Positions 49,626 to 59,874 of a stretch of 64,000 bases of DNA are shown piece after piece. Made by a program: the position numbers and the translations under genes. The notes beneath the pieces were generated by a model. That model searched no databases. It was not told the DNA's origin and saw only the letters and a program-made list of their open reading frames with translations. Source of the DNA: an uncultured archaeon (GTDB lineage: Archaea > Iainarchaeota > Iainarchaeia > Iainarchaeales > Iainarchaeaceae); NCBI GenBank assembly GCA_964577555.1, contig CAZNZM010000006.1, forward strand, positions 4,093 to 68,092. The letters are read 5' to 3'. The stretch's first letter is position 1. Each line of letters begins with the position of its first letter.

Positions 49626-50213
49626 CGCAATTACCAATATTTCTGGTGAAAAGTCATGATTGGTTATTTTTGATTGAATTTTTTTTATAAAAATTGGAAT
49701 TAATCCTTTTTTGTAAATCCTATATATTTTTATGTTGTTGAAGTTTGCTTTTTTGAGTAAAGCGTATAATGTTCTTGGCGAGTAAGGTTTTACATGCGTT
49801 ACGTCGTCAAAAAAACCCCATACAGGAAAATAGATATTGTTTGTTGTTATGATTATTTGGTTTGTCAATTTTGAACATTTTTGCAACAAATTTATTGATT
49901 GTTCAGGATTCAAATGCTCTATTGTTGCAAAAATTGTTATCAAATCGAATTTTTCTTTTATTTCATCAATGTTTTTATAATCTGGTTTGGTGGTTAAATC
50001 AATATCTTGGGTTTTATATTCTTTCAAACTAATATTTTTTTGTTTGCAAAAACTTTCAAAATGCCTCCTGCTTGCGCCTATATCTAAAACTTTTTTTCCT
50101 TTTGCTATTTCGCTTGCAAACTCAAAAGAAGTTTTCAACATTAGCGGAATTTCACGAAAAGAATTATAATTTGAAAATTGTTTTCTGAAATCGTTATAAG
50201 TTGCCCAATCCAT
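49617..50213 (-). CDS. class I SAM-dependent methyltransferase
   Basis: KVLDIGASRRHF is motif I, and ...LITIFATIEHLNPEQSINLLQKCSKL follows. Confidence 0.6.
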   Translation of the reverse strand: MDWATYNDFRKQFSNYNSFREIPLMLKTSFEFASEIAKGKKVLDIGASRRHFESFCKQKNISLKEYKTQDIDLTTKPDYKNIDEIKEKFDLITIFATIEHLNPEQSINLLQKCSKLTNQIIITTNNIYFPVWGFFDDVTHVKPYSPRTLYALLKKANFNNIKIYRIYKKGLIPIFIKKIQSKITNHDFSPEILVIASK

Positions 50214-50251
50214 GTTATCTTATACTATTATTCATGTTTTTTTATTTATTG

Positions 50252-51610
50252 TTATTTTGACAGTTTTTGTATTTTGTAAAAAATTTTTTTGAGCAAATCA
50301 AAGTCCACTTTGTCTGGCAATAATACCTCGACTATTGAAAATGTTTTAATAGATTTTTTTATGATCACAATTTTTGAAAATAAATCTATAACTGCTGATA
50401 TTAGCCTGCTTATTGCAATGCCAATTATATGAAGTTTCATAGTCAAAAAATAGCCCGTTAGCACGCTAATAATTAAAACCAGAATTGATGCGCCAGTCAA
50501 TGCTTTTTGTTGTTTTAAATTGAAAATAATGGGTTTATATGGCGTATTTAGAATTATTGTGAAGATTATTAGAATGAATATTTTTAGAGCGTTTGCATTT
50601 TCTTGGATATTTTTATCCGGAATAGTTTTTAAAAACCAATCAACGCCAAACAGTATTATAAAAATAATAAGCGGAATGGAAAAATAAAAAACGTATTTTG
50701 TTGCTCTTATTATAATGTTTTTAGAGTTTTTCAATCCGCCTAATTTGGCTACAAGAGGATAAAATATAGTATCAAGCGGTTCAAAGAACTTAGCCAAAAT
50801 TGAGTAAAATTTTGTAATTGCAAAATAAACTCCAGCCCATTTTACACCCAATACATGCTCAACAATCCAAATGGGAATATTGGCTTCAAGGTTTTTTATT
50901 TGAGAATTCAACAAAGCCCATTTGCCATGGCTTTTTAAGGTTTGTATGATTAGCGACTTGTCAGTATTCCTTTCTTTTAATAGAGTTTTTATTTCACTTG
51001 GTATTTTTGTTGCTCTTGCGAATATTGTGAAAATGTCAGACAAAATCATTGCCAAAAAAATCAATTCAACGCTTTTACCAACAAAAAAGAATAATACTGC
51101 TAACAAAAAAAGTTTTGAAATTGAATCAATAATTTGAAAAAAAACAAGTTTTTTAAAATCCGCGACAGTTTCAAACGAGGTTTGATACACAAGCTTTATT
51201 CCTGAAGTAAATATAAGAATTGAAACTAGTTGGATTATTGAAGAAATATTTTTTTTAAAAAAATCAGCAATCAAACCGCTAGAAAAAAAAACCACAAAAA
51301 ACAAAATTAAACCAACTGCGATTTGAGTGTAAGCATATCCTTTAAACAACCCAGCAGCTCTTTTAACATTTCCTTCATTTAAATCCTTTGATACATCAGA
51401 TATTACAACTTTTGACAAACCCAAGTCAATTAAAAAAGTAGCCAACGAAAGCCCAGAAACAGCAAGCCCATAAACGCCTAAATCATAAGTGGTTATGGAA
51501 CTTATAATAAAAATAAATATTGCATAGTTTATAGCGGTAATTAGCAAATTATTTCCAGCAATCAAACCCATGCTTTTAAAAATTTCCTTTAAATTACCCA
51601 TGTTTTTCAC
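50252..51610 (-). CDS. Wzx/AglR-like oligosaccharide flippase (MOP superfamily polysaccharide biosynthesis protein)
   Basis: 452 aa with about 12 TM helices. Two 6-TM halves with the typical Wzx N-terminal segment GLIAGNNLLITAINYAIFIFI. Confidence 0.7.
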   Translation of the reverse strand: MKNMGNLKEIFKSMGLIAGNNLLITAINYAIFIFIISSITTYDLGVYGLAVSGLSLATFLIDLGLSKVVISDVSKDLNEGNVKRAAGLFKGYAYTQIAVGLILFFVVFFSSGLIADFFKKNISSIIQLVSILIFTSGIKLVYQTSFETVADFKKLVFFQIIDSISKLFLLAVLFFFVGKSVELIFLAMILSDIFTIFARATKIPSEIKTLLKERNTDKSLIIQTLKSHGKWALLNSQIKNLEANIPIWIVEHVLGVKWAGVYFAITKFYSILAKFFEPLDTIFYPLVAKLGGLKNSKNIIIRATKYVFYFSIPLIIFIILFGVDWFLKTIPDKNIQENANALKIFILIIFTIILNTPYKPIIFNLKQQKALTGASILVLIISVLTGYFLTMKLHIIGIAISRLISAVIDLFSKIVIIKKSIKTFSIVEVLLPDKVDFDLLKKIFYKIQKLSK

Positions 51611-51613
51611 AAT

Positions 51614-52576
51614 TTATTTGTTCAATTTCTTTTCTTTTTGATAATCCAAATACCATTCTATAAACATAGGTATCCCTTTTTCTAGCTTGATTTTTGGCTT
51701 GAACCCTATTGTTTTTTTTGCAAGCGTAATATCCGCTATTGTGCTTTTTACATCTTCCAATTTTCCTTTTTTTATTTCTATTTTTGCTTTTTTTCCAAGG
51801 TTTTCTTCGATTAAGCTTATTATTTTTTTAAGCGTGTTTGGTTGAGAATTTCCTATGTTGTATATTTTGAATCCTTTACATTTTTTTATTGATAGCATTA
51901 TTGCGTCTATTGTGTCGCTAACATATGTAAAGTCTCTTTCTATTTCCATTGAACCAAATACTTCTATTTTTTTTCCATGAAAAATATTGTTTGTAAATTT
52001 GTATACAGCCATGTCCGGCCTTCCGCCGGGACCGTAAACCGTAAAAAGTCTTGGAATCATGATTTCTGTTCTGTTGATATGGTGTAATGCTTCAGCCATT
52101 GCCTCCATGCTGATTTTTGAAGCTGCATAGATACTGCACGGCGTATTAATAGTCATTGTTTCTTTGAATGGAGGTTTTTGCAAGCCGTACACGCTTGATG
52201 TTGATGCAGCAACCACTTTTTTTATTCCTTCTTCCTCAGCAAATTTCAGTATGTTTGCAGTACCAAGAACGTTGGTGAGTATGTAACTTGATGGTTTTTT
52301 TGTTGATTCTCTTACCCCTGTTTTTGCGGCAAGGTGTATTATATGTGTTATTCCCATTCCTTTCAGTTTTGAAAGGTCTTTTGTTTTTGTAATATCCAAT
52401 TTGGCAAATTCACCGTATTTTCCAGATTTTATTTTTTTAATGTTTTCCAGTTTTATGTCAAGACCGTATGTGTTGCTTAGGTTATCTATTCCTATGAATT
52501 TTATTTTTTCTTTTTCCAACCTTTCAACAAGGTTTCCTCCAATAAAACCTGCAGCGCCTGTTACAAGAATTTTCAT
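51614..52576 (-). CDS. extended-SDR NAD-dependent epimerase (UDP-glucuronate 4-epimerase-like)
   Basis: MKILVTGAAGFIGGNL, with ASTSSVYG and YAASK catalytic motifs. Confidence 0.8.
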   Translation of the reverse strand: MKILVTGAAGFIGGNLVERLEKEKIKFIGIDNLSNTYGLDIKLENIKKIKSGKYGEFAKLDITKTKDLSKLKGMGITHIIHLAAKTGVRESTKKPSSYILTNVLGTANILKFAEEEGIKKVVAASTSSVYGLQKPPFKETMTINTPCSIYAASKISMEAMAEALHHINRTEIMIPRLFTVYGPGGRPDMAVYKFTNNIFHGKKIEVFGSMEIERDFTYVSDTIDAIMLSIKKCKGFKIYNIGNSQPNTLKKIISLIEENLGKKAKIEIKKGKLEDVKSTIADITLAKKTIGFKPKIKLEKGIPMFIEWYLDYQKEKKLNK

Positions 52577-52677
52577 ATTATTTATTTTTTGTTGTAATAC
52601 ATTTTAAAGCTTCAAGTAAAGGTTTTTTTGCACCTTCTGTACCAAAACCAATATAATTTTCCGCTATTTTTCCATTT

Positions 52678-53754
52678 TTATTGGTATGCATTAATTATTT
52701 TTTCATAATTTTTTTCCAAAGAATAATTTTCCGCTTTTTTCTTCAAGTCTTTTTGCAATTTTATTTTTTCTTCTATTCCAATTTTTATCATGTTTTTTAT
52801 TGCTTTTGCCGCTTCTTCCGGTTTTGAGTAATCCACCAAACAGTTTTTGAAATCCGAGAGTATTGATTTAAAACCCGAATTGTTTTGCACTATTGGAATG
52901 CATTTGCTTGCCATTGCTTCTACCAAAGAAATTCCAAATCCTTCATATTCGGAAGCCGAAATAAAAAATTCAGACGACGAATAAAGTTCTATGACTTGTT
53001 TTTCGCCAGGATTAAGTATGAATTCTATTTTTTCGGCAATTCCAAGTTCTTTGGCTTTTTTCAAATAATTTTCAAAAAGACCTTCGCTGTCAGTTCCTGC
53101 AATTGTAAGCTTGAAATTTTCATTTTTCAAGTTTGCAAGCGCATTAATCAACAATTCAATTCTTTTGTTTTTTGAGAATCTTCCAAGATAAAGCATAGTG
53201 CCAGGTTTTTTTTTGCCGCTTTTGAATTTTGAAATTACAATGCCATTTTCAATCAACGTTATTTTTTTACATATTTTTCCAAAAATTTCATAATCGTTTT
53301 TGCTGACTGCGATTACCTTATCGGCAAAACCGAGTAAAATCCTTTGTATTATGTTGAAATAAAACCATTTTGCGAGCCCAATATTTTTTGTATGAAATAT
53401 TCCGCCATGTGTTGATATTATTATTTTTTTTTTATGCAAAAATTTTGTTGCAAGAAGAAAATCAGAAAAAAACCCTATGCCGTGTATGTGAATTATATCA
53501 AATTCTTTTATTTTTTTTATTATTTGTGGAGATATTTTGTAGTATTTTAAATCCAAAAATTCAAGTCTTTCCACAGAAATTTTTTCCACTATACTTGTTT
53601 TTGGCAGTTTTTCTCGGTTGTTTGCGCATTTGTTCAAGCATATTACTTTTACTTTGTGTCCTTTTAATGCAAGCAATTTGCTTGTGTCAAACACTACTTT
53701 TTCTACCCCGCCAACGCAAGGATGGAAATGGTTGCATACTTGCAATATATTCAT
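52678..53754 (-). CDS. GT4 glycosyltransferase
   Basis: The track ORF runs to 53988, but ATG 53754 (MNILQVCNHFHPCVGGVEKVV) is the typical GT4 start. Its ATG overlaps the TGA of the upstream GT2 (ATGA). C-terminal EGFGISLVEAMA. Confidence 0.75.
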   Translation of the reverse strand: MNILQVCNHFHPCVGGVEKVVFDTSKLLALKGHKVKVICLNKCANNREKLPKTSIVEKISVERLEFLDLKYYKISPQIIKKIKEFDIIHIHGIGFFSDFLLATKFLHKKKIIISTHGGIFHTKNIGLAKWFYFNIIQRILLGFADKVIAVSKNDYEIFGKICKKITLIENGIVISKFKSGKKKPGTMLYLGRFSKNKRIELLINALANLKNENFKLTIAGTDSEGLFENYLKKAKELGIAEKIEFILNPGEKQVIELYSSSEFFISASEYEGFGISLVEAMASKCIPIVQNNSGFKSILSDFKNCLVDYSKPEEAAKAIKNMIKIGIEEKIKLQKDLKKKAENYSLEKNYEKIINAYQ

Positions 53755-54746
53755 TTTGCCATCACTCTTCCCAAAAAACCTGCTGGCAATCCAAGCATAA
53801 ATGCCGCTGTCCTTACTTGTATCATGAAAATTGAGAATAATGCGACTTTCCAATCTTTTCCAGCCATGAAAAAAAAGGATTTTATTATGGTTGCAGTCGC
53901 AGCAATAAGCAATATTGTGTTTAATATAAGTAAAATTCCTGCTATTTCGTGTTGTCCTAAAAAGTAAAGTATTGGAACCATGAGCCATTGCAAGGTTCCA
54001 AAGTATCCTGCAATAATTTGCACTTTTATAGAGTCAGTAGTATAGGAATCGCTAATAATCTTGTCAGGGTGTTTGTAATAAAGTTTTACTCTGTAAAAAG
54101 CACGATAAAATTTAATCCAAAAATATTTTATGATTGATTCAGGGTGCGAGTGATAAACTATTGCTTTTGGATTGAAAACCAGTTTTCGTCCCTTTTTGGA
54201 TATTTTAAAACTTAATTCAGGGTCTTCGCCAGATGCTTTTGGAAAAGATTCGTCAAATCCACCTGCCTTGAAGAAATCCTCTTTTCTATAAGCTGCAGAG
54301 TAACTTCCTATCCAATCCAATTTGTCTCTTGAAGCCAACATTTTTTTGTATCTTTCTTCAATTTCATATTGCACAAATATTGCTACCAAGGATTTTTGTT
54401 TTGTTTTGTATGCTCCTTGCACTCCAGCTACTTTTTTGTCTGAAAAAGGTTTCAACATTTCTTTCAACCAATTTAATTCAGCAATGCAGTCGGAATCGGT
54501 AAAAACCAGTATTTTTCCTTTTGCAATTTTTGCCCCATTGTTTCTTGCTGTTGCAGGCCCTGAATTTTTTTGGAATACAACTTTCGCTCCTAATTCTTTG
54601 GCAATTTTTGCAGTATTGTCTGTTGAACCATCATCAACTACAATTATTTCATAGTTGCCTTTATAATTCTGTTTTTTTAATGCTTTGATGCAATCCGCAA
54701 TTGTTTTTTCGCTATTATATGCGGGAATTATTATGCTTGCATCCAT
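53751..54746 (-). CDS. GT2 glycosyltransferase with C-terminal TM helices
   Basis: ASIIIPAYNSEKTI...IVVDDGSTDNT...DSD. Confidence 0.8.
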   Translation of the reverse strand: MDASIIIPAYNSEKTIADCIKALKKQNYKGNYEIIVVDDGSTDNTAKIAKELGAKVVFQKNSGPATARNNGAKIAKGKILVFTDSDCIAELNWLKEMLKPFSDKKVAGVQGAYKTKQKSLVAIFVQYEIEERYKKMLASRDKLDWIGSYSAAYRKEDFFKAGGFDESFPKASGEDPELSFKISKKGRKLVFNPKAIVYHSHPESIIKYFWIKFYRAFYRVKLYYKHPDKIISDSYTTDSIKVQIIAGYFGTLQWLMVPILYFLGQHEIAGILLILNTILLIAATATIIKSFFFMAGKDWKVALFSIFMIQVRTAAFMLGLPAGFLGRVMAK

Positions 54747-55328
54747 TCAGCTCACTTTTATTGCCTTGATAATCATTTCTTCTTGCAATTCCTTTGGAAG
54801 AAATTCATGTATAATTTTTCTGAATATAAAAGTCCACTTGTTTTTGCTTCCATAAGAATTTTCTTCAGTATATGGTTGGCAGTAAAAATATTCTATTTTA
54901 AAACCGTTTTTTTCAAGAAGTTCTTTAAGCTCAAGATAATTGAACAAACTGAAATGCAATGGCGCGTGATAGTTTTTGAAAATCCTATTTATCAAGCTAT
55001 CTCTGTTAGGAGTTGTTATTATAATAATTCCATTTTTTTTCAAAACTCTATTGGCTTCTTTTACGAATTTTTCAGGATGATGCAAATGTTCTATAAGTTC
55101 TCCAGCCAATAAAGAATCAAAAAACCCGTTTTTGAAAGGTATTTTTTCAGCGCTGGCTTTTTTGTAGTGGCTTGTTTCTTTTTTGACTTCTATGTCTATG
55201 CCATAAACGTTTTTTTCTCCAAGTCTTGAAATCAGTTTGCTGTGCAATTCTCCTACTGAAAAACCCACGTCAAGTATTTTACCCTTAAGATTAGATAATG
55301 CAAAATTTATTCTGTCCATATTAATCAA
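54747..55328 (-). CDS. class I SAM-dependent methyltransferase (type 11-like)
   Basis: KILDVGFSVGE...LLAGELIEHLHHPEKFVKEANRVLKKNGIIIITTP. Confidence 0.7.
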   Translation of the reverse strand: MINMDRINFALSNLKGKILDVGFSVGELHSKLISRLGEKNVYGIDIEVKKETSHYKKASAEKIPFKNGFFDSLLAGELIEHLHHPEKFVKEANRVLKKNGIIIITTPNRDSLINRIFKNYHAPLHFSLFNYLELKELLEKNGFKIEYFYCQPYTEENSYGSKNKWTFIFRKIIHEFLPKELQEEMIIKAIKVS

Positions 55329-55385
55329 AAATAATAACGATTGTTGTTAATTAGTGTTTTGGAACACCGATATTTTTATTGCAAT

Positions 55386-56909
55386 TCAAGTTACTTGTTT
55401 TGTCGCCGCAGATTTTTTCCAAAAATCAATGTCAAACAAGTATTTTGCAAAGGTTTTTGCACCCATTATAAGCCTAGGAGCTTCTCGCGGCTGTGTTGCT
55501 ATAAGCTTCAACCTGCTAATAATATATTCTGGCCTCATATAAAATTCTTTTCTAGCCAAATCGCATGCTTCAACAAGTTCTTTGGCTGAAAGCTTGTCAG
55601 TATTAAGCAAAGTATTGTGCGTTCCTTCAGCGGTAAGCCAATCATCCCAATTTGTAGTAGTTATGAATTTGTTTTCATAAGCCCATTTGAAAGCTTCAGT
55701 GCCAGGATAAACCATCAAAGGAAAAAATTGTGCAGTATCAGGAGCAAGTTTCTTTGCCCATTCAACAGTCTTTCTAATAGTTTCCTTTGTTTCACCCTTG
55801 TTGCCCATCATAAAACAACCATGCACAAGTATCCCAGCTTTTTTTGTATCATCCATGAATTGCTCTATATTTTCTATTCTTGTAACTTTCTTTATATTGT
55901 TAAATATTTCCTGCTCCGCGCTTTCAAAACCTACGCATAAAAGCCTGCACCCGGCTTTTTTCATCCATTGCAACGTTTCAAGATCAACGTCAGCGCGAGA
56001 ATTACAAGTCCAAGTTACTTTAAGGCCTCTATTCACAACTTCCTTGCAAATCTCTATTGTCCTTTGCTTGTCTTGAGTAAGAGTATCATCTTCAATCATA
56101 ATGTCCTTTACATATGGCAAATTTTTTGTTATCCATTCGAATTCATCAACAACATTTTTGACGCTTCTTGCCCTGTAAAAATGACCTGTCAAAGTTTGAG
56201 GCCATTTACAAAAAGTGCACCTGAATTTACAACCCCTGCCTGTTATTATTGTGACTTCCGGATAAAGAACCGAAGGATAAAAATAATCCTTTATTTTCAA
56301 GTGCCTGTTATAAACTTCACTGACAAAAGGCATTTGATCCAAATCAGGTTGCTCAATAGGAGGCATATTCGGAGTGAACTTTATTTTGCCATCAGAATCC
56401 CTGTAAGTCAAACCCAACACATTATCCAACGGCTTGTTTTTTTCCAACGCCTCGGCAAGGTCCCTTACAATAAAATCATATTCGCCTCTTGCAACAGCAT
56501 CTATTTTTTTGCTCGCATTAAGACTCATTTCAGGCAACGCGCTTACATGGGTTCCAACCATCAACGTAAAAGCTTCAGGCAATGCATCTTTAAGCTTCTC
56601 AACAACTTTAACATCATTATTAAACGACGCAGTCACGGAATCCACTACAATAAGCCTTGGCTTCCAATTATTCACTATTTCAATTACATCTTCAATTTTC
56701 ATTCCAGAAGCTGGACAATCAAGAAGTTTCACATCATGCCCGGCTTTTTCTAACACTCCTGTAGCATAACCCATCCAAATAGGATAATAAACACAACCTC
56801 CTTTTGAAATCGCAGGACTCCTGCTTGTCCTTGAAAACCTGTAAAGAAAAGGAGGATTCAACATCAATACTCTCATTTTTTTCACCAACCAAATAATGCT
56901 TATTTTCAA
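55386..56909 (-). CDS. B12-binding-domain radical SAM enzyme (class B radical SAM, putative sugar C-methyltransferase or related)
   Basis: N-terminal cobalamin-binding-like Rossmann domain, then GRGCKFRCTFC (CxxxCxxC). 507 aa. The start may be M12 (MRVLMLNPPF). Confidence 0.75.
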   Translation of the reverse strand: MKISIIWLVKKMRVLMLNPPFLYRFSRTSRSPAISKGGCVYYPIWMGYATGVLEKAGHDVKLLDCPASGMKIEDVIEIVNNWKPRLIVVDSVTASFNNDVKVVEKLKDALPEAFTLMVGTHVSALPEMSLNASKKIDAVARGEYDFIVRDLAEALEKNKPLDNVLGLTYRDSDGKIKFTPNMPPIEQPDLDQMPFVSEVYNRHLKIKDYFYPSVLYPEVTIITGRGCKFRCTFCKWPQTLTGHFYRARSVKNVVDEFEWITKNLPYVKDIMIEDDTLTQDKQRTIEICKEVVNRGLKVTWTCNSRADVDLETLQWMKKAGCRLLCVGFESAEQEIFNNIKKVTRIENIEQFMDDTKKAGILVHGCFMMGNKGETKETIRKTVEWAKKLAPDTAQFFPLMVYPGTEAFKWAYENKFITTTNWDDWLTAEGTHNTLLNTDKLSAKELVEACDLARKEFYMRPEYIISRLKLIATQPREAPRLIMGAKTFAKYLFDIDFWKKSAATKQVT

Positions 56910-56972
56910 ATTTAATTATTATCACGTGTTAATTCCAATTATTTTTCAGTTTAAAAATCCTTTTTGGTACAA

Positions 56973-57689
56973 TCATTTTTCCCCAACAATTTTGTTTGCC
57001 CTCAACAATTCATCAAAAGAACCAGCATCAAGCCATTCTTTTTCAAGCATGCTTGCAACAATGCTTCCGTCTTTTATATAATAATTGTGAATATCAGATA
57101 TTTCAAGTTCGCCTCTGGCACTAGGTTTTAATGTTTTAATAACCTCAAAAACATGAGGCGTATACATATAAACTCCTACAACCACCAAATTAGTTGGCGG
57201 GTCTTTCGGCTTTTCAACCACTTTGACAACCTTACCCTTTTCAACTACAGCTACTCCAGCTTTTGCAGCTTCTTCCCTTGTAGTCTCATACAACAATATC
57301 CTTGCTTTTTCTTTCCCTCTTTCAAATTCCCTTACAAAAGGACTTATATCATCAAACAATATGTTGTCCCCGTTTATTGAAACAAACTTGTCATTACCAA
57401 CAAATTCTTTTGCAAGCCCTATTGCTTGCGGCAAACCGCCAGCCTCATCCTGCACTCTGAAAGTAAAATTCACTCCAAAATCCTTGCCAGAACCAAGCAA
57501 ACTAAAAATATCCCCTGCATGATTAGTACCAGTAATAACAAGTATTTCCTTTATACCAGCTTTTTTTAGGGTTTCAATAGGATAATAAATCATCGGTTTA
57601 TTGTAAATTGGCAACAAATGCTTGTTAGTCACGTTTGTCAAAGGCCTCAACCTTGAACCAGTGCCACCAGCAAGAATAACACCTTTCAT
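56973..57689 (-). CDS. rmlA: glucose-1-phosphate thymidylyltransferase-like nucleotidyltransferase (short archaeal RmlA type)
   Basis: MKGVILAGGTGSRLRPLTNVTNKHLLPIYNKPMIYYPIE. Adjacent to rmlB. Confidence 0.8.
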   Translation of the reverse strand: MKGVILAGGTGSRLRPLTNVTNKHLLPIYNKPMIYYPIETLKKAGIKEILVITGTNHAGDIFSLLGSGKDFGVNFTFRVQDEAGGLPQAIGLAKEFVGNDKFVSINGDNILFDDISPFVREFERGKEKARILLYETTREEAAKAGVAVVEKGKVVKVVEKPKDPPTNLVVVGVYMYTPHVFEVIKTLKPSARGELEISDIHNYYIKDGSIVASMLEKEWLDAGSFDELLRANKIVGEK

Positions 57690-57705
57690 GCAACCACCCA
57701 AAAAA

Positions 57706-58668
57706 TCATTTTTTTGCTTTTAATGGCTTCCACCACCACTCATTATTTTTATACCATTCAATTGTTTCCACAAGCCCATCATAAAAATTCTTTTTAGGCT
57801 TCCAACCAAGAGCCATTAACTTTGAACTGTCAAGCGAATACCTTTTGTCATGCCCTGCCCTATCCTTAACAAACTGAATTTCAGAATCGCTTTTGCCCAT
57901 ACAAGAAATTATTTTTTTAGCAACATCAATATTCCGCATTTCATTCCCGCCACCAATATTATAAATATTACCAGCCTTTCCTTTCTCCGCAACCAACATT
58001 ATTCCATTACAATTGTCTTTCACCCAAAGCCAATCCCTAACATTTGTGCCATCGCCATAAACAGGAATTTTTTTACCTTCAATAAGATTTGTTATCGCCA
58101 AAGGCAAAAACTTTTCAGGGTACTGATAAGGCCCATAATTATTAGAACTCCTTGTAACAACAACATTCAAATCATAAGTATTCGCATAACTCAAAGCCAA
58201 CAAATCACCTGCAGCCTTGCAAGCCGAATAAGGATTACGCGGCTCCAATTTGTCATCCTCACTACTAGAACCCTTTTCAATACTCCCATAAACCTCGTCA
58301 GTTGAAACTTGAACAAACCTCTCCACTTTGTTTTTTCTCGCAACATCCAACATAACCTTAGTACCCATGACATTAGTTTTGACAAAAGGATCAGAATCAA
58401 TTATAGAATTATCAACATGACTCTCTGCCGCAAAATTAAAAACAACATCACAATCAACCATTGCCTTCTCAACAATTTTTTTATCAGCAATATCACCCTT
58501 CACAAACTCATAATTTTTTTTCTTCTCCAAACCCCTCAAATTATCCAAATTGCCGGCATAAGTCAACAAATCCAAGTTTACCACTTTTATACTTGTATTT
58601 TCAACAAGCATCCTGACAAAATTCGAACCAATGAATCCGCAACCGCCAGTTACAAGAACTTTTTCCAT
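57706..58668 (-). CDS. rmlB: dTDP-glucose 4,6-dehydratase
   Basis: VLVTGGCGFIGSNFVRML...VVNLDLLTYAGNLDNL...VSTDEVYG...YSACKAAGD. Confidence 0.85.
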   Translation of the reverse strand: MEKVLVTGGCGFIGSNFVRMLVENTSIKVVNLDLLTYAGNLDNLRGLEKKKNYEFVKGDIADKKIVEKAMVDCDVVFNFAAESHVDNSIIDSDPFVKTNVMGTKVMLDVARKNKVERFVQVSTDEVYGSIEKGSSSEDDKLEPRNPYSACKAAGDLLALSYANTYDLNVVVTRSSNNYGPYQYPEKFLPLAITNLIEGKKIPVYGDGTNVRDWLWVKDNCNGIMLVAEKGKAGNIYNIGGGNEMRNIDVAKKIISCMGKSDSEIQFVKDRAGHDKRYSLDSSKLMALGWKPKKNFYDGLVETIEWYKNNEWWWKPLKAKK

Positions 58669-58718
58669 ATAGTCACTTAAAAAAATACTAATTCAATTAA
58701 ATAAATCCTTTTGGTTCA

Positions 58719-59645
58719 TTATTTTTCACCAACATAATTCAAATACCACTGAACAGTCCTTTTTATTCCTTCACCAATCATTACTTTTGGCTTAAAACCC
58801 AAAACCTTATTAGCCTTTGAAATATTAGCCGAAAACTTGACAACCTCCCCCTTTCTATTATCCCTAAAAATAATTGGCACCTTAAAACCAAACTCCCTCT
58901 GCACCAAATCAGCCACCTTAGAAAGCTTCACACTCCTGCCAGAAGAAATATTATACACAGAATTCTTGGCACGTTCAAAATTCTCCACACACTTCAAAAC
59001 TCCATCAACAGCATCATCAATATAAGTAAAATCAAGCTCTTTATCCTTGCCATAAATCACCAAACTCTTGTCACTCTTGCAATTCCTAATAAAAGTCGGA
59101 ACAAGCCTGTCACTCTTATCATACATTCCATAAACATTTGAAAACCTAGTAATAATAAAATCAATCCCATAACACCTTTTATAAGACTGAACCAAAGCCT
59201 CGCCAGCTATTTTTGAAGCACTATAAGGACTCTCACAATAATCAATACTCACCTGATTCTCGCCAAGCTTCCCATTTTTAACATTACCATATATTTCCCT
59301 GCTAGACGCAAAAATAAATCCAGGCACTTTCCTTTGCCTGCAAAATTCAAGAGCATTAAAAACAGTTTTCATATTATCAAGCGCAAGCTCAGGCTCAACC
59401 ACCAAATTATAAACCCTCGCATTTGCCGCCAAATGTATAAAAAAATCCACATCACCCGGCAATTTCTCAAAAAACTTTTTTTCACGCATGTCAGAAATCA
59501 TGGTTTTGGAATTAACTTGGGCACTCCATTCATTAGGCTTCAAATCAAGCCCAATCACTTCATAACCTTCTGAAATCAAACTTTCGCATAAACGAGTTCC
59601 AATAGTACCACTACTGCCGCTTACAACAATTTTTTTAGTCTTCAT
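58719..59645 (-). CDS. extended-SDR NAD-dependent epimerase/dehydratase
   Basis: KIVVSGSSGTIGTRL, ASSREIYG and YSASK. Start placed at MKTKK. Confidence 0.7.
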   Translation of the reverse strand: MKTKKIVVSGSSGTIGTRLCESLISEGYEVIGLDLKPNEWSAQVNSKTMISDMREKKFFEKLPGDVDFFIHLAANARVYNLVVEPELALDNMKTVFNALEFCRQRKVPGFIFASSREIYGNVKNGKLGENQVSIDYCESPYSASKIAGEALVQSYKRCYGIDFIITRFSNVYGMYDKSDRLVPTFIRNCKSDKSLVIYGKDKELDFTYIDDAVDGVLKCVENFERAKNSVYNISSGRSVKLSKVADLVQREFGFKVPIIFRDNRKGEVVKFSANISKANKVLGFKPKVMIGEGIKRTVQWYLNYVGEK

Positions 59646-59874
59646 AAAAAAAACCAAAATTCAAATAATTCTCATAACATCATTTTAATAAAACTTTTAA
59701 AAAAAGGTTCTAACACGAATAACACCTGCCAACGCCCCACAATTACATTATTCTACTATAATTTTTTAGCTCAAATTATTTTGTTTTCATTTTGTTTTTT
59801 CACTAAATTTTATTTGTTATTCTAAATCAACCAAAAAATCGGTGAAATATTTATTAAAAAAGGTTTTATTTTTT

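Noticed and set aside
53755-53988. 78-aa N-terminal extension of the GT4 at 52678
   Set aside because: The extension is Cys/His/Asn-rich with no similarity to GT4 N-termini. The canonical GT4 start MNILQV…GGVE is at 53754, forming an ATGA overlap with the upstream GT2.
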